From assembly GCA_035297365.1 (NCBI GenBank), contig DATGZA010000014.1, positions 32,001 to 96,000 on the forward strand: DNA of 64,000 nt. The letters run 5' to 3'. Origin of the DNA: Nitrososphaeraceae archaeon. GTDB taxonomy: Archaea; Thermoproteota; Nitrososphaeria; Nitrososphaerales; Nitrososphaeraceae. The position numbers and the translations under genes are program-made. This document shows positions 59,599 through 64,000 of the stretch, in pieces (position 1 is the stretch's first letter; each line of letters begins with the position of its first letter). The notes beneath the pieces were generated by a model, which was not told the DNA's origin, searched no databases, and was given only the letters and a program-made list of their open reading frames with translations.

Positions 59599-59907
59599 TT
59601 ATTGATTTTGCATTAGTTCTTTTATATCTTCGTCCTGAATATTTTTTAAAGAGACAGAAGAAATTCTATAGGATTTATTAAAGAGTCTTCCTAATTTAAC
59701 CGAATTTTCTTGCAGATAATAAATCGGGACATTGTATTCGGAAGCCTGTGTCTCTATAAACCTTTTATCTTTACTATTTACAGTATTTGACAATATTAAC
59801 AATTTTGATCCCTTTATATTCGATTTTACTTCTTTAATTCCCCTTTTGTATTTGTTATTGGATATTGATTCTTTAATTATTTTCTCCAAAATCTTCATTT
59901 TGTTCAT
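59599..59907 (-). CDS. rpl30e: 50S ribosomal protein eL30 (L7Ae family)
   Basis: GIKEV, SVKLGRL; conserved rpoA-L30e-nusA synteny. Confidence 0.85.
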   Translation of the reverse strand: MNKMKILEKIIKESISNNKYKRGIKEVKSNIKGSKLLILSNTVNSKDKRFIETQASEYNVPIYYLQENSVKLGRLFNKSYRISSVSLKNIQDEDIKELMQNQ

Positions 59908-62900
59908 TCACCTTCATATACAATTCAACCATTCCAGTTCCAACAGGAACAGTTGCGCCTACAATTACATTTTCTGTAACTCCTTTTAATGCTTCCGTTT
60001 GACCTTCCATTGCTGCTCTGGCAATAGTAGGAACAGTGATTTCAAATGCTGCTCTAGCTAAAACGGATGTTTTAGTTCCTGCAATGCCATGTCTACCTAT
60101 CTGTTGAAGATAGCCTTTAGACGTCATTAGATCTGCAACAAGCATAATATGCCTAATATCTACCTCTAGACCTTGTTCCTCCAGTGTATTTGTGATCTCT
60201 TTGACTAGAGCAGTCCTTGCAGCCTCAATTCCTAAAGTTTGCCATATTTCGTATACATTGTTAGTAGTTATTCTTGAAAGATCAATACCATCTACATAAA
60301 TAATTTTAGCCAAATTGGAGCCGGCAGTTTGTATAACCCATTCGTCAATTTGTTTAACTATAGTTACTCTTTCTATATCTGGTACTCCTTTTATCCTTGT
60401 GTTTAAAAGTTTATTCTTTAACAACAGAAGACTTTGTGCATCTAAATCTTCGTTCATTTTCATAACAATACTCAATTCGTTTTCATCAAGAATACTATCA
60501 TATTTCTTTTTAGAACCTTTTAGAATCTCGAATATATCTTTGATATTACAGCCTCTTTCAGTCAATTTGTCAGAAGATAAACTGAATTTGATTATACCTC
60601 CATAATCGATGTCAGTTTTTTCTACAACATCTATAACCTTTGTATGGATAATCTCTTTTGCAACATTTAATGCTTGTTCTCTGGAGAACCGATGTTGTTC
60701 GTCTAGATAAATATCCATTGTAGGAGTTATAGGTTTCTTTCGTGCGTCTACAAGTTCTATTAATCGTGGTAGTCCAAGAGTAACATTTCTTTCCTTTACT
60801 CCCGCATAATGGAATGTTCTGAGAGTCATCTGAGTCCCAGGTTCACCTATAGATTGTGCAGTGACAACCCCGACTGCTTCACCTGGTTCTACTAGTGCTC
60901 TTTCCACAAGATCAATAATCTTTTTAACTACCTTTTCGATACCTTGTTTACTAAGTTTATTATCCAGTAAGATAGTTTCAATATTTGATCTTAATTTGGG
61001 ATTAAAATGTGATATATATTGATTTAATATATGTCTAATTTCAGATTCGTCTGCTTTCGTACCTTCATCTACTACAGACTCACTTTCGATAATTCTTGAA
61101 ATATTAACCGCTTCACCATGATCACTTTTAGCTGGGTCAATCCCATCTTCTCCATAAAGATATTGAATAATGTTACCGTGGGGGTCCCTAACTGTTCCAT
61201 CATATTCCATTTTCAAGTGTTCGAGAGCATTAATCAATCTTCTTTGCATATAGCCAGATTGTTGTGTTCTTACGGCGGTATCAACCAGACCTTCTCTTCC
61301 GCCCATAGCATGAAAAAAGAACTCTAAAGGAGTTAGTCCATCACGGTAATTTGATTTTACAAATCCCTTAGCATCAGGATTGGTATCATTTATCCTAAAA
61401 TGTGGCAAAGAACGATTCCGATAGCCCTTGTGAATTCTTTTACCTCGTATTGATTGCTGACCTAAAACGGCAGTCATTTGACCTATATTAAGGGTTGACC
61501 CACGAGCACCGGTAGATGCCATTATTACACCCGCATTATCATTCGGAAAAGATCTGTCTGCAAGTCTACCTGCGCGATCTCTTGCGCGAGATAACTCATT
61601 TACTAGGTACAATTCTAGTGCCTCCTCAGGGGCGAGACCCCTAGTTAGTGGCAAAGTTCCATCCTTATATTGAAGAATTAGCTCACCAATTTTATCATAG
61701 GCTTTTTTAATTACTCCAGTAATTTCTTTTTCTGTCTCTTCTGTCAGCCATAAATCAGAATACCCGTACGTAAAACCACGATGAGTAATGAATGTTTTTA
61801 ACATAATAAGTATTGAATTCAGGAACTTTTGAGCAACATCGTTTCCATAATCCTTAGCGATTCTGTGCAAAACACTGTCAGGTTCTTCTGCTCCAATTGA
61901 TGCTTTGTCTATAACTCCACTTATTAGTTCCCCATTTTTGATTACTACATCTTTTCCCTCTCCTTTAATTGATTTGTTCCATTTTGATGTGATAATAAAA
62001 TTAAAGTCATTTGGAAGAAATAAGGAAAATAGTTGTTTTCCTGTATAAAACTTCTTCCCATCCTTTTCACCTTTATGCTCGGGGATAGGTCCTGAATATC
62101 CACCTAGTAATGCTAAATTAAAGAATTCCTCTTGTGATAATATAGTTTCATCTCTTGTTAAAAGATATGCGCCTGTAATAAAGTCACGTATTCCACCAAT
62201 AATTGGACCGCCGTATCTTGGAGAAATTAGTTGATCTTGAACACTCATAAGCAACGTTGCCTCAGACCGTGCTTCTTCACTCTGAGGTACATGAAGGTTC
62301 ATTTCATCACCATCAAAATCTGCATTATATGGAGGACAAACAGCAGGATGTAATCGAAATGTTCTATATGGCAAAACTTTAACATAATGAGCCATAATTG
62401 ACATCCTGTGTAAAGAAGGTTGTCTGTTGAAAATAACGATATCTCCTTCAGATAAATGTCTCTCTATAATGTAACCAGGAACTATCGAATCCGCAACCAT
62501 TTGTCTATCGTTTACATAATCGAGTCTTATTTTTACCCCATCGGATCTTATGATATAGTTAGCTCCAGGGTATGAGTAAGGGCCGTTAAAAACTAGTTTC
62601 TTTAATTTTTCTAGATTCCATGATGAGACGGTTTCTGGGATGGTAAGTTTCTTTGCAACTTCATATGGAATACCAACCTCTGAAATAGCAATATTTGGAT
62701 CCGGAGAGATTACTGTTCTACTTGAAAAATCCACACGTTTTCCTGATAATGAACCTCTAAATCTACCTTCCTTTCCCTTTAATCTTTGGGTAAGTGTCTT
62801 CAATGGCCTTCCTGATCTATGATGAGCCTGTGGAATTCCAGAAACTTCATTATCAAAATACGTCGTAACATGATATTGTAACAAGTCTACTAAATCTTGA

Positions 62901-63700
62901 ACAATTAGTGGAGGAGTTCCTGCTTCTTTACTTTCTTTGAGTCTTTGATTGACTCTTATTATATCAACGAGTTTATGAGTAAGATCATCCTCAGAGCGAA
63001 TGCCTGTTTCCAGTATTATAGATGGTCTTACAGTGACTGGAGGAACGGGAAGCACCTGTAAAACAAACCATTCTGGTCTGGCGGTAGTTGGGTCATATCC
63101 TAATAATCTTAAATCATCATCTTTGATATTAGAAAGACGTTCACGAATTGTAATGGGTAATAATCTATTTTCTCCCGCATCAGTTTTTTCAACGAAAATC
63201 GTAGGTTTAGTAAAGATAAGATCATATTGTTCCTTCTGACAATGGGGACAGATTTTTATTTTTTTGGATTTTTCTATAATCTCATCTTTTATGTTTTCTA
63301 AAGTAATTACAGCATATGAAGCTTTTCCAGTCCTTATATTTCTATAATGTTCTAACTCTTCAGTTTCTAGTTTTATTCTGTTACAAGATCTACATGTAGT
63401 TAGTAACAATTTATGCACATCGTCTACAAATGCGATATGTAATACAGGTTCGGCCAGCTCGATATGACCAAAATGACCTGGACATTTTGCAGAAGTATTA
63501 CCACAAGAAATACATTTTTGACCCGGTTCAAGAGTACCTAGACGGTTATCCATCAATCCACCTTGAACCGGCATTCCATCTTCATCATATGTTTCAGGCG
63601 CGGTGATTTCAGCTACACTAAATTTACGTACTTCAACTGGCGACCAAACACTGAATTTTATACTACCAAGATTTTTAATAGACTCTTCCATAATTATCAC
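59873..63700 (-). CDS. rpo1: DNA-directed RNA polymerase largest subunit, unsplit A'A'' (Rpo1)
   Basis: CPGHFGH, YNADFDGDEMN, TQMTLRTFH, RAAFE in a single ORF. Confidence 0.98.
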   Translation of the reverse strand: MIIMEESIKNLGSIKFSVWSPVEVRKFSVAEITAPETYDEDGMPVQGGLMDNRLGTLEPGQKCISCGNTSAKCPGHFGHIELAEPVLHIAFVDDVHKLLLTTCRSCNRIKLETEELEHYRNIRTGKASYAVITLENIKDEIIEKSKKIKICPHCQKEQYDLIFTKPTIFVEKTDAGENRLLPITIRERLSNIKDDDLRLLGYDPTTARPEWFVLQVLPVPPVTVRPSIILETGIRSEDDLTHKLVDIIRVNQRLKESKEAGTPPLIVQDLVDLLQYHVTTYFDNEVSGIPQAHHRSGRPLKTLTQRLKGKEGRFRGSLSGKRVDFSSRTVISPDPNIAISEVGIPYEVAKKLTIPETVSSWNLEKLKKLVFNGPYSYPGANYIIRSDGVKIRLDYVNDRQMVADSIVPGYIIERHLSEGDIVIFNRQPSLHRMSIMAHYVKVLPYRTFRLHPAVCPPYNADFDGDEMNLHVPQSEEARSEATLLMSVQDQLISPRYGGPIIGGIRDFITGAYLLTRDETILSQEEFFNLALLGGYSGPIPEHKGEKDGKKFYTGKQLFSLFLPNDFNFIITSKWNKSIKGEGKDVVIKNGELISGVIDKASIGAEEPDSVLHRIAKDYGNDVAQKFLNSILIMLKTFITHRGFTYGYSDLWLTEETEKEITGVIKKAYDKIGELILQYKDGTLPLTRGLAPEEALELYLVNELSRARDRAGRLADRSFPNDNAGVIMASTGARGSTLNIGQMTAVLGQQSIRGKRIHKGYRNRSLPHFRINDTNPDAKGFVKSNYRDGLTPLEFFFHAMGGREGLVDTAVRTQQSGYMQRRLINALEHLKMEYDGTVRDPHGNIIQYLYGEDGIDPAKSDHGEAVNISRIIESESVVDEGTKADESEIRHILNQYISHFNPKLRSNIETILLDNKLSKQGIEKVVKKIIDLVERALVEPGEAVGVVTAQSIGEPGTQMTLRTFHYAGVKERNVTLGLPRLIELVDARKKPITPTMDIYLDEQHRFSREQALNVAKEIIHTKVIDVVEKTDIDYGGIIKFSLSSDKLTERGCNIKDIFEILKGSKKKYDSILDENELSIVMKMNEDLDAQSLLLLKNKLLNTRIKGVPDIERVTIVKQIDEWVIQTAGSNLAKIIYVDGIDLSRITTNNVYEIWQTLGIEAARTALVKEITNTLEEQGLEVDIRHIMLVADLMTSKGYLQQIGRHGIAGTKTSVLARAAFEITVPTIARAAMEGQTEALKGVTENVIVGATVPVGTGMVELYMKVNEQNEDFGENN

Positions 63701-63705
63701 CTAAT

Positions 63706-64000
63706 TTATAATTTATCCTTAGGAATAAGTCGCGGAGCAATATTAAGACTCATCATTTCTTGCAATAGTAATTTAAATGCATATGCTATTACAATAGTTG
63801 AGATTTTAGCCTTATCACCACAAACTCTACAAACATGCCTTCTTTGTTTGATGTCGTAATAAGATAACAGACCACAACGTTCGCATACATTAACCTCTGC
63901 TTTGTCAGATTCTTCAAGTAATCTATCCTTTAACATCATTGAAGCTCCATAAGCAATCAGACAATCTCTTTCCATCTCTCCAAATCTTAAACCTCCTCCT
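63706..64000 (-). CDS. rpoB: RNA polymerase subunit B (Rpo2), C-terminal part; runs off the window
   Basis: GGLRFGEMERDC, CERCG/CRVC zinc site, YAFKLLLQE. Confidence 0.96.
   Translation of the reverse strand, partial: GGGLRFGEMERDCLIAYGASMMLKDRLLEESDKAEVNVCERCGLLSYYDIKQRRHVCRVCGDKAKISTIVIAYAFKLLLQEMMSLNIAPRLIPKDKL

Noticed and set aside
59873-63700. Unsplit RNA polymerase A'A'' subunit
   Set aside because: Known trait of Thaumarchaeota; used for taxonomic placement only
9808-63859. Many 60-120 aa ORFs on the opposite strand or in alternative frames of long genes (e.g. 9808, 10270, 11266, 21322, 31173, 40186, 55547, 60315, 63563)
   Set aside because: They lie within well-supported conserved genes, have no motifs and show the typical antisense-shadow composition
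1-64000. CRISPR array, rRNA, intact prophage or defence island
   Set aside because: No regularly spaced repeats, rRNA-like tracts, or viral/cas genes seen

Overview
AT-rich archaeal chromosomal segment from a Nitrososphaerota (thaumarchaeal, probably Nitrososphaeraceae-type) genome. The placement rests on the unsplit RNA polymerase Rpo1, class I LysRS, the archaeal DKFP-type shikimate pathway, the acetyl/propionyl-CoA carboxylase of the 3HP/4HB cycle, a CdvB/ESCRT-III paralog and an intron-containing tRNA-Ser. The window is mostly housekeeping: aromatic amino-acid cluster, tRNA-modification genes, pyrB, purM, nadE, class II RNR, thiolase/DUF35, the distal spc ribosomal operon with secY-adk-cmk-cbf5, larB/C/E with iscS and mdh, acc genes, RFC, and rpoB-rpoA-L30e-nusA-S12-S7. 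Accessory material is limited to decayed IS5 and IS630 relics, a 112-bp MITE-like insert, an integrase scar beside the tRNA and four unannotated micro-ORFs. Most notable: (1) a wHTH + ATP-cone + NrdD-like protein with no glycyl-radical loop directly upstream of nrdJ, with palindromes in both promoters, a candidate nucleotide-sensing pseudoenzyme regulator; (2) a 'hypothetical' 378-aa protein with the ordered motif pattern of a class I isoprenoid-synthase fold; (3) a Grs-like B12/radical SAM enzyme; (4) a nickel-pincer cofactor cluster with no larA, sitting next to malate dehydrogenase. All assignments come from motif recognition by eye; no searches were run.
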